DNA of 64,000 nucleotides from Ginglymostoma cirratum (Eukaryota): positions 33,209,164-33,273,163 of the forward strand of contig JAHRHZ010000289.1 of NCBI GenBank assembly GCA_024137785.1, read 5' to 3'. The notes under the pieces are model-generated. The model worked only from the letters and a program-made list of their open reading frames with translations, searched no databases and was not told where the DNA came from. Made by a program: the position numbers and the translations under genes. Shown here one piece after another: positions 1 through 12,689 of this stretch (position 1 is the first letter of the stretch; each line of letters opens with the position of its first letter).

Positions 1-184
1 CATATACACACATCGTACACAGGTTGGGTAAATCTGATCCTGCACTGCTCGTGTGTGTGTGCACTGTAGCAATTCTTATGTCAAATGGGTACTGCACATG
101 ACTTTATCATACTGTTTGGTTCCAACTTGTCAGAACAAACTGCGAGTTTACATAATCTGTGTCTTAACAAGACATTCTCTGCAT

Positions 185-600
185 TGTTGAGACCGAGAAA
201 ACATATCGTAGGATGAAGAAAAGGCTGAAAAGTTTTCACCATTGCTGTCTCACATGTATCCTTGGCATCTCTCAGTAAGACAAGGTCCCAAATTCAGAGG
301 TGCTAGAACACGCTATTTCCCTCAGAAGATGGTGAACATTGAGGCTGACTGCTGGGAGATAGTCACTGATGCTGTGGCTTCTGACGGCTGGTTGTTTGAA
401 AGGACATTTCTAAGATGTGAATAGAATAAAATTGAGTTGGTCAAGTAGGGGGCCTAGAACAAAGGAGGCCAGCAAATCATGCATCCTCTCAGCTGGCTGC
501 CTTCCTCTACAACCAATGTAGCAGAGGCTGCTATGCCGAAGTGTGGTTCCAGAGCCATTTCAGGCAATGCTTAATGCTGAGTTGGCCAGAAGCCATTTGA
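185..600 (+). mobile_element. Degraded RTE-clade LINE, ORF2 C-terminal fragment
   Basis: 189-313 translates as ETEKTYRRMKKRLKSFHHCCLTCILGISQ*DKVPNSEVLEHA, matching the RTE motif ETW..Y....RL..FH.RCLR.IL.I.W.D.V.N.EVL. It is followed by NIEADCWE (cf. RTE 'NID...WE'). The right end is approximate. Confidence 0.75.
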
Positions 601-617
601 AAAGGGACCTCACAAAA

Positions 618-946
618 GATTCAGCCCATCAAGTTCACACCAACTCTGTAAAGGACATCCCCCCCAGACCGATCCCATTATCCTATCCCTGCAATCCTGC
701 GTTTTTCCCAAGGCGACTCCACCTACCCTACACATCTCTGGATGCTTTGGGCAATTTAGCACAGCAAATCCACCTAACCTGTCCGCCTTTGGATTGTGGG
801 GCGAAACTGGAGCCACCCAAAGTAACCCACGCAGACACAAGAAGAATATGTAAACTCCACACAGACATTTGCCCAAGTTTGGAATTGAAGCCAGGTCCCT
901 GGTGCTGTGAGGCAGCAGTGCTAACCACTGACCCACCGTGCCACCC
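618..946 (-). mobile_element. HE1-type tRNA-derived V-SINE
   Basis: The minus strand begins GGGTGGCACGGTGGGTCAGTGGTTAGCACTGCTGCCTCACAGCACCAGGGACC (tRNA-like head) and continues into the V-domain TGTGTGGAGTTT..GGTTAGGTGG and a LINE-like tail. Confidence 0.9.
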
Positions 947-949
947 ACA

Positions 950-1776
950 CAAGTGTAAAGGTAGTAAAGTCTCACTGTACAAAGTGCTGGTGAGACCCGG
1001 TGAGTATTCTGAGCAGTCTTGCTCCCCTTATTTAAGCAAAGATATCATTTCATTGGAGCAGCCCAGAAAAGGTTCACTAGGATGATCCTTGGTATGGAGG
1101 GATTGTTTTACGAGTGAGGGCTAAACAGATTGAGATTCTTTTCATTGGGGTTTCGAAGAATGCGAGAGGATCGCATTGAAATACATAGGATTCCTCCGGG
1201 TGCTCCGGTTTCCTCCCACAGTCCAGAGATGTGCAGGTTAGGTGGATTTGCCATAATAAATTGCCCACAGTGTTCAGGGATGTGCAGACTAGATGGATTA
1301 GGCATGGAAAATGCAGGGTTGTAGGGATAGGGTGGGTCGGATGCTCTTTGGAGGGTTGGTGTGGGCACAATGGGCCGAATAGCCTGCTTCCACACTGTAG
1401 AGAATCTCGTATGAAATTCTTAAATGGTTTGACAGGGTAAATGATGAGAGAATGTTTCAATTCATGGGAAAGTCGAGAACCAGAGGGCAAAGTCTCAGAA
1501 CAAAGGGGTGCTAATTTAAGACTGAGGTGAGGAGGAATTTATTCTATCGGAGATTTGAGAGTCTTTGGAATTCTTTGCCAGAGAAAGCTGTGGGGACAGA
1601 ATCCTTGCGCATATTTGAGGCTGAGGCAAATAAATACTTGATCAGTTGGGGAATCAAGGATTAGGGGAAAAGAGTAGGAGAGTGGACATGAACAATGTTG
1701 AATCAGCCATGATCTATTGAATGGCGGAGCAGGCTTAAGGGGCTGAATGGCCTATTTCTGTTTCTATTTCTTATGG
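950..1776 (+). mobile_element. CR1 LINE 3' fragment interrupted by a SINE
   Basis: Decayed LYK.LVRP.LEY..Q..SPYL.KDI, RMRGD.IETY, RTRG.SL and R.NF.S.R motifs, then a CR1 3' UTR (GGCTGAATGGCCT...TTCTTATG). Split at ~1192-1408. Confidence 0.85.
1192..1406 (+). mobile_element. 5'-truncated HE1 SINE nested in the CR1
   Basis: CTCCGGGTGCTCCGGTTTCCTCCCACAGTCC..GTGCAGGTTAGGTGG..GCTTCCACACTGTAG; CR1 sequence resumes immediately afterwards. Confidence 0.88.
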
Positions 1777-2211
1777 ACTGCCATTATGACTGTTAACAGT
1801 CAGTTAACAACAAAACCTGAATAACAAGTAAATGTTTAATTTTACCACGCAGGTCTTACATATAAACCCTGACAAATGTTCCTTGAGCTGCATCCTAACC
1901 ACAACCAGGGCGTTTTATGCGAGTCAGTAACAGAGGAACATTTCAGATATTTGCAGCAGCCGTAGGCAGACAACACAAATAGTGTGCACCTTCTGGAACA
2001 AGGGCATGCATCCAATGCAAAACCATTATCACTTGCAAAGAATATTGTATACTGCATCATCCTAACTCAGGGGATATTTACAAAATGCTTGACTAGTTGC
2101 AACAAAAGGAATTATCTTCTAACTGACAGCATGTATGAATATGCCCACTGTTTCCATATTAAAGGTAGTCAGCCATAGCTCAGTTATGCCCAAGTTGTAA
2201 TTGGACACAAA

Positions 2212-2320
2212 TGTCTCAGGTGACACTTCAGTGCACTATTGAGAGAGTGCTGCACTGCTGGTTGTGTTATTTTGCGTGTGAGACGATAAATAAGGCGTCA
2301 TCTATCCTCTCAGATAAAAT
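2212..2320 (+). mobile_element. Deu-domain SINE fragment (SacSINE1-like)
   Basis: TGACACTTCAGTGCACTATTGAGAGAGTGCTGCACTG..GAGACGATAAA..CCTCTCAG resembles the Deu-domain 5' part; related to copies at 50345 and 54495. Confidence 0.6.
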
Positions 2321-2431
2321 ATGTTACGATGTTACCTTCAGTATAATGGAGTTAGATATGTTTCAATTTTTGTCCCTTTCTCTTCCATGCAAAAAGACAT
2401 GGTTCATGCTCTGGAAATATATAGAAAGAAA

Positions 2432-3240
2432 GATGATAGAAACAGGAGTAGGCCATTCGGTCCTTCAACCCTGTTCCACCATTTAATTTGACCTTGGCTG
2501 ATCATTCAACTCAGTTTCCTGTGCCTGCTTTCTCCCCATATTCTATGATCCCTTTAGCCCTAAGACATATACTCATGCCCTTCTTGAAAACATTCACTGT
2601 TTTAGTATCAACCAATTTCTGTGCCAGAGAATTCTACAGACCCACCACCCTTGGTCATCAGGAACATTCTTCCTCCATTTGCCCTACCTAGACTTGTTAA
2701 AATTTTATAGGTTTCAACGACATACCTCGCCATTTTTCTGAACTCTAATGAATATAGTCCTAACTGATCTAGTCTCTCTTTTTGCATCAGTTCTGCCATC
2801 CCAGGTATCAGCCTGATAAACCTTTGTTGCACTCTCTCCACATGCAGATGATTCTTTCACAGCTAAGATCAAAATCACACACAGTACTCTGGGTACGTTC
2901 TCACCAAGGTCCAGTACAATTGCAGCAAGACATCCCTGACCCTGTACTCAAAACCTCTCACTATGAAAGTCAATATACAATTTACCTTCTTCACTGCCTG
3001 CTGAACCTGCATCCTTACTTTGAGCAACTGGTGCATGAGGACATGCAGCTTTCGTTGCACCATCCCCTTTCCCAATCTACCATCATTCAGACAATGATCT
3101 CACTTCTCATGTTTGCTACCGAAATGGATAACATCACATTTATCTACATTATACTTCATCTGCCTTCGTCCATGCATGCGACTTGTCCAAATCACACTAT
3201 AGCATCTCTGCATCCTTCTCACAATTCTTCCTCCAATCTA
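2432..3240 (-). mobile_element. CR1 LINE 3' fragment
   Basis: Minus ORFs give ERVQQRFIRLIPGM..LGLYSLEFRKM..ETYKIL and VQQAVKKVNCILTFIVRGFEY..LYWTLVR..EYCV; a CR1 3' UTR lies at the left end. Confidence 0.88.
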
Positions 3241-4159
3241 TCTGACATTGTTCCATCATTTTATTCAATTTAACATTCTATATAAAGTTGTCTAGATGGT
3301 CTGCAGTCCTCAATCAGAGTTTGATACAGGTGTCTGTGACATGAAAATTGTTGAGTTTCGGAAGCCTGGGAGGGCATCACAAATTTGGGGTAGAGGGGCA
3401 GGTATCCTGATGGGCAAAGCATACTCCTAAAATAGATCTTGCTTTCCTTCCAGATGGTGAAGTAGCAGGCTTTAGCCACACATAAGCTTGTGGCAGCAGT
3501 GGGAACTGGGCCTTAACTCTACCCCTCAATAGTCCTCAGGATGGCAGGCTAGCTGATATCTTATTTACCCAGCATCATAGGGGAAACAGCTCAGGCGTGG
3601 GCAGGAAGGCAATACTTTAACTCCCCGTCCTATTTTATGAGTGACTCCCACCTACAAATACACTGGCTGATGGACCAGTGTAAACTGCCACCTTCACCCC
3701 TCTCAACCCAGGAGGAGTCCTTGAATCCACAATATTGTGAATAGAAGGTAAGAATCTCAAAATGGATCCATTGCTGACACTGAAATTAAATTAAGTTAAT
3801 CAAGAAAGACTGTGAATATCCTGCCTTGTGAAATAACTCGGTTCCCGTTCTTTACTGACTTTGATTGAAATCACTTCCAACTGTTCTGAACATTACAGAT
3901 TTTTGGACTAAATGTCGAGATATTTCACTAAACACAGTGGTCAAATTAGCACAACAACCCATTGATTGGCATGCTCGGTTGCTCAATGTTTCAACATTTA
4001 TTATCCACTTTACATCTCTATTCATTCAATAATCCTATTTTCCCCACAGAACTCTTGTGTGACACCAGATAAAATGACTTCTGAAAGTCAAGATGTACAT
4101 ATCGTTTATACTACTGACAGCCATCAATTCTGTAAAATAATTAAAATCCAATACATTTG

Positions 4160-4560
4160 TTACGTGTGACCTGTTTCTCCTAAAACCATGCTGATTTGGA
4201 ATTAATGTCTTTCCTCATAGGAAATGCTCTTAAATTGCTTCCTTTTAGCCTCGTGCCAAATTTTTTTTTAATCTTTTGGATGTCAAGGTTTACAAGGTTT
4301 TTTTTTTTAAATTCCCAAATCGTGCTTCTGACCTTTAAAAATTGGAATAACACTAGCAATTTTCCAATCTTCTGGTTCTACCCATATATTTAATGAACTG
4401 TGAAATATTTCAGCTATGGTTTCCTTTACTTCTGCCCTCATTTCCTTAAGTATTTTTGGATGCATTCCATCTGGTTCTGTTGTCTTATGAATATTCAGCA
4501 CTCCAGTTTTTAATGACCATTTCATTATTAATCTATCTTCTCCATTAACTCAAATGCATT
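4160..4560 (-). mobile_element. Old CR1 ORF2 fragment (pre-RT region)
   Basis: ORF 4307-4525: PDGMHPKILKE..EIFHSSL...PEDWKIASVIPIFKG, a typical CR1 motif. Confidence 0.8.
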
Positions 4561-5769
4561 GTCTACCCATCCAACTACGGGAAAGGTCACATAATTTTCC
4601 ACAATAAATATTGCATCAAATAGAACAAGCTACCAATCTTTGTTCCCTGCCATTTCACCTTGTTTGACTTTAGAATGTCCTATTTGTTTTTTAATGTTAG
4701 TCCACTCAAATATTGTTGAGAACATTGTCCCATACAGTTTTGGCATTTAGTTTACCAATTTTAACTTTCCCTTTCAGTTTCACAATTCACAGCTTTTAAT
4801 TTAGTTTTACACATTTTACAATTTTAATCCTCAGGTTTTAAGGTTTTTTTTTAACTCTTTTCTTTCTTTTTTAGCCAACACTTAACTGTTTAGCTCCAGA
4901 TTCTAATGCACATCTGTCCTTTTGTATGCTGTTTGAATAGAAATGGAGTACAGGGTTTCACATTGTTGCTGCATTGCATACAGATACTGAGCAAAAATAT
5001 GAATGTCACAGCCATTTGGAGGGCTTTAGGAGCCACACTTGAAGAAGATCCAATATATTTGAGTCTAAAATATAATTAAGGCACAACAAAGTCATTCTGC
5101 TATTTCATCATTGCAATGTCATTGCTAAATAGCAGATCTATTGTGACCTTGTTTTTATTCTCCCATTTTAACTAAGCTCCTTCCTCCCAATCCCCTCACC
5201 CAACTCATTAGCTTTATCAATCAATCTCCGTACTTTTTGTTTTCTCTCTCATAGCTTCATCTTGTCTTGGGACAACTATTACCCATGCTGAGTGTGATTT
5301 ACTTTCTTCATGAAAATTACATACACAACAAAAAGTAAACTAAATCTCCACGAGAAATTGATAAAACAACATGTCCTTGACTTGTACAGTTCTACCTGTG
5401 ATGTGTACATGAAAGCAGAGCATGTGGAAATACACAGAATGCATCAATATTGAAGCTATGATATGTGGTAAAATATGGTGGCTAACGTCCGGCAGGTCCA
5501 TGGGCCATGAAGACTGACGACCTACATAAGTTTTACTTGTGTCAAGCATTGAACCATTTAAAAACAGCGAAGTATGTCCAAGTATGAGAACATAAGAACT
5601 AGGAGTAGGAGTACCTATTGTCATTAAAAAACTGCTCAATTACATAGAGAGGAAGTTATTGATTGTCTGGTGGCTCTTACAAATATAGCATTATGATACT
5701 GCTGAGAAGTTTGAAGTTAAATTTAAGCCTCAGCAGTTATCGTCTTGCCAAATATATTTTTTGGCAAAC

Positions 5770-7230
5770 TAGACCATAAAGTCGTAATACAGAGGAGCAG
5801 AAATTAGCCCATTCGGCCTATCGAATCCGCTTCGTCATTCCATCATGGTTGATAAGTTTCTCAGCTCCATGCTCCACTTTCTTCCCGCAACCTTTGATCC
5901 CCTTAACAACAAATAACCTATCTATCTCTGTCTTAAATATACTCAATGACCTGGCCTCCACTGCCTTCTGTGGCAATGAATTCCATATATTCACCACTCT
6001 CTGGCTGAAGAAGTTTCTCCTCATTTCCATTCTAAAGAGTCTTGTCTTTACTCTAAGGCTGTTCCCTCAGGTTCTAGTCTCTCCTGCTAATGGAAACCTC
6101 TTCCCAATGTCCAATCTAGCCAGGCCATTCAGTATTCTGTAAGTTTCAATTAGATCCCCCCTCATCCTTCTAAACTCCATCAAGTATAGACCTAGTGTCC
6201 ACACATGTTCCTTATATGTTAAACCTTTCATTCCCAGGATCATTCTCGTGAACCTCCTCTGGTCATACTCCAGGGCCAGTTCATCCTTCTTGAGGTATAG
6301 AGCCCAAAATTGCTCACAATATTCCAAATGTGATCTGACCAGAGACTTATAAAGCTTCAGAAGGACATCACTGCTTTTATATTCTTGTCCTCTCAAAATA
6401 AATACCAACATTGCATTTGCCTTCCTAACTACCAACTAAACTGCAAATTAATTTTAACAGAATCCTGGACTAGGATTCCCAAGTCCCTTTGCATTTGAGA
6501 TTTCTGAATTATGTCGCCTTTTAGAAAAATATCAACGCTTTTATTCTTCCTACCAAAGTGCATGACATCAGACTTTCCCACATTGTATTCCATCTGCCAT
6601 TTCTTTGTCCACTCTCCTAACCTGTTGAAATCCTTCTTCAGCCTCCCTGCCTCCTCAATTCTACCTGTCCCTCTACTTATCTTTGTATCATCTACAAATT
6701 TAGTCAGAATACCTTCAGTTCCTTCACCTAGATCATTAATACATAAAGTGAAAAGTTGTGGTCCCAACACTAACCCTTGTGGAACTCCACTGGTCACCAG
6801 CTGCCATCCTGAGAAGGACCCTTTTATCCCCACTCTCTGCTTTCTGCCTGACAGCCAATCTTCTATCCATACTAGCACCTTGCCTCTAACACCACGGGCT
6901 CTTACGTTACTCAGCAGCCTCCTGTGCTGCACCTTGTCAAAGTCCTTCTGGAAGTCCGAGTGGGTAACTTCTATTGGCTCCCCTTTGTCTAACCTGCTCA
7001 TCGCCTCCTCAAAGAATTCTAACAGATTTGTCAGGCATGACCTCCCCTTGATGAAACTATACTGACTTTGCCCTATTTTACCATGCACTGCCACATATTC
7101 AGAAATCTCATCTTTCACAATGGGCTCGAGTCCTCTGGGACCCTCCTTGACTCCAGTGATTCCTGAAAGATCACCACTCATGCCTCCACTATCGCTTCAG
7201 CTATCTCCTTCAGAACTCTGGGGTGTAGTG
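5770..7230 (-). mobile_element. CR1 LINE, RT domain to 3' UTR, frameshifted
   Basis: ORFs 6429-7181 (GRSCLTNLLEFFE, DFQKDFDKV, SGVPQGLVLGPQLF, KFVDDTK), 6067-6435 and 5818-6030 are consecutive pieces of CR1 ORF2; the 3' UTR ends near 5770. Confidence 0.95.
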
Positions 7231-7231
7231 C

Positions 7232-7282
7232 ACTGACAGATATCAACTGAAGTGTCAGACATTCTGACGCACTGAGACTAGG
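7232..7282 (+). repeat. Short fragment of the LTR-like repeat seen at 7993
   Basis: CTGACAGATATCAAC..GTGTCAGACATTCTGACGCACTGAGA is nearly identical to 8077-8121. Confidence 0.6.
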
Positions 7283-7992
7283 CTACTGGAAAAATTGCAT
7301 TAACACTGCTGGGCAGATTGTCTCAGGATGGACAATTTGACAAGGAAATCTCACCACTTTAAGCGTCTGTTGTGCCAACTGTTTAAAGTAGCTTTGGAGA
7401 AGTGGGTGGTCTTGTCCACCCATTCCTCATGTTTAAAGCAAGATAACACTCCCAAAGGATTAAGACCAAATACACACTGTGATAAAGTCTGCATGCCAAG
7501 CTCTGGCCTGTACAGCTTCCAAAGATTTCCTTGCACTCTCTTTAATCAACAAAATTTTTCCATGCTTACATAAAATGAATTCACCCTTTGCTTTTCTTCT
7601 CACCATTTCCCTGTAGTTTTTTTTTCTCTAATGTCAGCTGACTGAATATTCACCAACGCTCCGGATGATACAATTGTGACAACTGAACAGCACTGCCACT
7701 GCTTACTACTCAATATTTTTTCATTGGAAATGAAAAGGAATGCAGAGGAAAATTATTTAACATGCAATTTATTTTTTAAAGGCACTATTACATACAGACA
7801 GTGTATGCTCGGTCACAATTTCTTTCAGGGTCCTCTTTATAAGAGATACAGTTGACTGAATCTTGTGGTTTTGGCAGAGTGCGAGTCACATTGCCTTTAG
7901 TGGATTAATCATCACTACAGCGGCAAGTGGGTTTTCTCACTGAACCTTACTAAACATGCCACCTTAATCGATGTCCGTACCACTGTAGTGAT

Positions 7993-8769
7993 TGTAACAA
8001 GGTCAGCCAGGTGGACATCATAGAGTATGAGTCCACAGTTTGGGGCTGTTAACTTAGCCCAATCAGGGAGCCCTGACTGACAGATATAAACATGAGTGTC
8101 AGACATTCTGACACACTGAGAGCTGGCTTTGAGGGAGCTGGACTAATGTCAAGGACTTCCCACATGTATGTAAAGGGTGACTTGATGTAGAATTCCTACA
8201 GTGTGGAAACAGGCCATTTGGCCCAACAAGTCTATATCAATTCTCCGAAGAGCGACCCACCCAGGCTCACACCCCTACCCCCATTCTATCCCCATAACTG
8301 TGCATTTCCCATGGCTTATCCACCTAATTTACTCATTCCTGATCACTATGGGCAATTTAGCACCGCAAATCCACCTAACCTGCACATCTCTGGATTGTGG
8401 TAGGTAACCAGAGCACCCAGAGGGAACCCACGCAGACATGAGGAGAATGTACAAACTTCATACAGACAATTGCTAAAAGCTGCAATCGAACCCAGGTTTC
8501 TGGTGCTGTGGTGCTAACCACTGAGCTATGGCACAGAGCAGACTTGATGGGCTGAATGGCCTAATTGCTGCTCCTATGTCTTAAGGTCTAGTCTACCAAA
8601 AAAAAAGTTAATAAGAGAAAAACTGCTGAGGCTTACATTTAACTTCAAACTTCTCAACAGTATCTTAATGTTGTATTGTAAGAGCCTTTTACAAATACTT
8701 GATATTGGCTGTGACAAGAAATGTGGCAGAATTGGATGATGGGATACCAGCCTCTGTGGAGTTATTTCA
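7993..8769 (+). mobile_element. Solo LTR (TG..CA) interrupted by an HE1 SINE and other sequence
   Basis: Starts TGTAACAAGG and contains CCAATCAG, a TATA-like GATATAAA and a decayed polyA signal (TGTAAAGGGTGACTTG). It is broken at 8187, resumes ~8735 with GATGGGATACCAGCCTCTGTGGAGTTATTTCA, and has flanks GTGAT/GTCAC (weak 5-bp TSD). Confidence 0.65.
8188..8534 (-). mobile_element. HE1 SINE
   Basis: Same head, V-domain and tail as 618-946 on the minus strand; followed by a short + strand CR1 tail (8535-8590). Confidence 0.88.
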
Positions 8770-8829
8770 GTCACAACGGTAAATATCAGGTCCAATTTCT
8801 CCACTATCTTACCAGAATGACATACCAAT

Positions 8830-10220
8830 CAATGGAAATCCTGGAATTGACAAACATCCTAGGCATAATAGCTTGTTGTGCCCCAGCCATGCGTTGCCAG
8901 TCCGGAGCTGCACTGCATGGAGGCTGACATTTGCCCTAAACATGGCAGATAGGGGAAATCAACATCTCACTTTGAATGCATGGTCATGGCTTTCCTGCTG
9001 GACAGGGTGCTGGACTGGCACGGCTTTCTCTTCCCCAGAACTAGCAATGGAGACCACGTCGCCAAGCAATGGCAGCCTGATCTGAGCAGTCTCAGCCATC
9101 TGGTGGAATGCCCAGTGTCATCGGAAGAAAGTCAATATTCTTCTCCACTCTGCCACCAGAAGGGCCACCATCTTCTCTGCTGATACCTTATCCCTATACT
9201 ATCTCTGCTATGGCGCCTACCTCCTACTCAGTCCCATGCTTTATCGTTCTTTATCACCTGCAACATCTCACCGACCCCAGCAACTGATATCATTTACCGT
9301 GCATGGTCTCTGCACTACTCACTCACCGGCTCAGGACACCTCCCCACCTGTACCCACAGTAATAATTGTGCCATCTATATTCATCTTCTGTATTCTCCCT
9401 TTCCATCATTTCAACAGGATGACAGTCCACAATAGGACAGGCACAGGCTTACAAATATGACAAGCTTCCTGACTTAGTGTCTACAACAAATAGCATGTCA
9501 AGACAGCAGTAATTTGAAACCAGTACCTCTGGCTGAAGTTGAATAGTGCAAAAAGGAAAGGTTAGACTATGCAAGGCAGGGATGCTACGAATATCCAAGT
9601 CAGCTCAGAGTGAGCGAGTGCTATGAGAATGAATGAGGAGCATGGAGATGCAGCCTGATCCTGTCCAGGAGCTGCTTGTATGTCCTCGAGTGCACGGTGT
9701 TCTTACCGTAGAATTACAGTGATAGCTGCCATTGCAGCCAGAGATGCAGCACTAAAGTGCAGAAACATCATGTAAGTGGACTGGAGATGTGGCACAAAGG
9801 TTCATAGAAGCTGCTACATGTCAGGTGCCAAAGTCCATAAACACAGTTGCATGTGTTTGGTGAGTCTGGAGTCTGGTCAGGATGTTGGTGCCTAATGTTC
9901 AACATTTAGTCACAAGAAGTGAATCGAACCAGCCAAGAACCCATTTGGTTCCATATCGAGTTTTCCCAACAGCTAATTTGTCCAGTAAGGTCACAATCGG
10001 AATATTTCTGTGGTGAGTTGGGCCGTCACCAAACAGTTTAACAAGCAATAGCGAGCATCGATTGGTACTCACCATGCCTCATGAGAACCTTACTCCACCA
10101 CTTGAGAATGCTGCACGATGATCTCAGCATGTAGATGGGCCTTAGTGACCACCTCACCCAATTCTGCCACACTTCTCGTCACAGCCCACGTCACTCAGAC
10201 ACTGATTGGATTCCACCCAG
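8830..10220 (+). mobile_element. Harbinger/PIF-derived relic encoding a decayed Myb/SANT (MSANTD-like) DNA-binding protein
   Basis: 8942-9170 gives MADRG..., LLDRVLDWHGFLFP and QCHRKKVNILLHSA (cf. trihelix QCRKKWNDL). A second piece after the acceptor-like TTTCAACAG (9409-9417) gives VHNRTGTG (cf. AHNRRE..TGGG). The right end GGATTCCACCC is TIR-like. Extent uncertain. Confidence 0.55.
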
Positions 10221-10238
10221 TGTAACAAAAGTAGACCT

Positions 10239-10333
10239 TTCTGAAGAAGGGTCTAGGCCCGAAACGTCAGCTTTCCTGCTCCTCTGATGCTGCTTGGCCT
10301 GCTGTGTTCATCCAGCTCTACACCTTGTTATCA
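10239..10333 (+). mobile_element. 95-bp PLE family-A mini-element (HHR plus tail) with TSD
   Basis: Homologous to 19030-19123; flanked by AACAAAAGTAGACCT (10224-10238) and AACAAAAGCAGAACCT (10334-10349). Confidence 0.85.
10241..10268 (+). ncRNA. Minimal type I hammerhead ribozyme motif
   Basis: CUGAAGA-A-GGGU(CUAG)GCCC-GAAAC-GUC: intact catalytic core, palindromic ACGU in place of helix III, weak helix I. Confidence 0.65.
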
Positions 10334-12689
10334 AACAAAAGCAGAACCTGCTTGGAAATTGATCCATTCAGATTTCACTGTAACCGGCTTAATGATATGC
10401 AACACATCTGTCGGAGCTGTGAAGTAAGTTACTTCAGATAGAATTTTTGCAGGTACACCAAAGCATATAGGCAAGGACAGATATGAGATACTTCATAGCA
10501 CCTTTTATATTATGAGCATGGTGAGACATAGAGTGACAAAGCGGCTGACTGATGAGTAGTTTCACGTTCACATAGGAAGCAAAGTGCAAGTTACGGCATC
10601 CAGATTTAATCTGGTTGTTTATTTCCATTTGTCAACATGAAAAAAGCTTGCAACTGTTTAGTGAAAACCGTAAACATTGTTAATCCTCATTCTAAAAGAA
10701 TTTGACCCAACACAAGGGAAGGAAGAATCTCAGCACATTTGTACTTAGACAAATAAAGAATTGTTGCAGCTCTCTGCAATTTGGATGCAAGCCACCTGGG
10801 ACACTTTGATATTCTTCTTGCTGATACGCCAGCCTGCGACAGGGCTGTGCTCCCATGTAGCAATTGCTGAGGGAAATAGAAAATGCAGCTGTCCCCATGA
10901 AGAATCTTGTACCATTTCAAATCTCCCTAAACCCATAGCAGCACAGAATGAAAACCAAAACAAAGTAAGCTAAGGATGAAAGTAAATGACCGCTGTTTAT
11001 ACCACACAAGGGGCAAATCACAGAATTAAGAACAGATACTCCGCAGGGACCTGGGAATTATGCAAGCATTCCTCACTTCAGGGAAATTAAGGGCAATTTT
11101 GGGCTTATTATCTTTCAGGTTTTTGTTACAGATATACACCTATGTCAAACGTTCAATATGAATTTAAGAGGAATATAATGTCCAAGCTGGTTTTTCATGT
11201 GACTGAAAATAAAAGAATTTTCTTCATCTCAATGAGGTTTTTGCAGCTGGAAGATTATTAAGTATTACATTTCCATCTGCCTGAATTCCTGGGTGGAATT
11301 TCTCTCTTTGAGATGATCTCTATAAGTTGAGAAGAGGGAATTGGGCTTCCCTCTATTTAACACCTTCTTGGCCACACACAACAATTTTGCTTCACAGATA
11401 GCTGTTATACTTCAATTAGAACATAAGTAACAGGACTAAAACAAAGGAGCAGAAACACAAGGGTTCTTTGAGTGAAAGCAGAAGGAATTTTATAACCTAC
11501 AGACGCATCAAAAATAACCCAACATTCTTCACCAACAAACTCAGGTAATATGTTTGAAAGAAGGTGGTAGGGTACCCTCCCCATACAAGAAGGCAAAGGC
11601 AAGAGCAGTTTAAAATTTGTAGAGTTTTTGGGCTGTTGAATTTTAAACCATAGGCCACTTGTTTAATTGTCGACTGATACTCTGCAGCAGTGGTGACTTT
11701 TGTAGGTCTTGAGTTCTCAGTGAATGGTCTTGCCCCACATTGCTTCTTCAGTGAGCACTGACTTTGACATTTAGGGGGAAGGGAGTGAGAAGCTTTTGGA
11801 TTCTTATTATTAACAATTTGTACTCTTTTCTCTCTCTGCTTTGCTGCCCCAAGCAGTTGTGGACAAAAGTCCACTTTAATATCCTGACTCTGCTCCATGC
11901 CCTTACCGACCTGCATATGCCAAAAGTAATCGTTCATCTTCCAAAATGTGAGCTTTTCATGCAAGTGTAAATTAAACAAGATGAACATTTCTTTATGCTG
12001 AATAAATGTCTGGCTTCACTGTTTTTGGATAGAATGGCACTTTCAGTGCAGACTGGATTTCACAAAGCTTACCTTAACTTGTGATCAGCTGATTATCGCA
12101 ACCATTTCAGGTCAGTATTTATTCGTTTTTACAAGTCACTTCATTCCATGAACATCTCAGGTATTAAAAATCAGATGATGAAAGTTCAATCTTAATAATC
12201 CATGCTCTAATTATTACAACAGTGCTGAATTATATTTTAAGAATAAAGTTGGATAGTTTGCCTTCAAGTTGTCAATTCAGTCATTCTGTAGCCTACTCTG
12301 TACACATTTATTTTGCCAATATTATCCTTCATAAACAAAAACAAGGGTGTGCTCACAAAAAGAAAGATTAACAACTTGGCAAGTCTACCCAATTAATGGC
12401 ATGTTCTTTTGTTGACTGCTCTAAATCAGACAAGAGGTAGAAATATTTCAACTTATATTCAATGAGGTGGGAGGAAAGAAATTGATTTCTAATCTTGATT
12501 AAACATGACTACTTGCATCTTTTTTCTTCCCTTGCTAATTGTCTTTTTGATCTGAATTAATTAACACATTGTTGTCTTTCACTTGATTTTGCACCTGTCC
12601 TTTTACATTTGAATTCCCTTTTTGCTATTTTGGATTAATCACATATTTTTAGCTGTTTATTTATTCTTTCATGGTATATGAGCATTTGG

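Noticed and set aside
543-1085. 180-aa ORF as a host gene
   Set aside because: It runs through an antisense HE1 SINE into a CR1 fragment; a chimeric chance frame.
6511-7065. ORFs such as 6511, 31603, 56587, 18006 and 18467
   Set aside because: Antisense shadows of CR1 RT or PLE endonuclease coding sequence.
10365-10430. Possible + strand micro-exon (FHCNRLNDMQHICRSCE, donor GTAAGT)
   Set aside because: Weak polypyrimidine tract, unrecognised peptide and no compatible partner exon.
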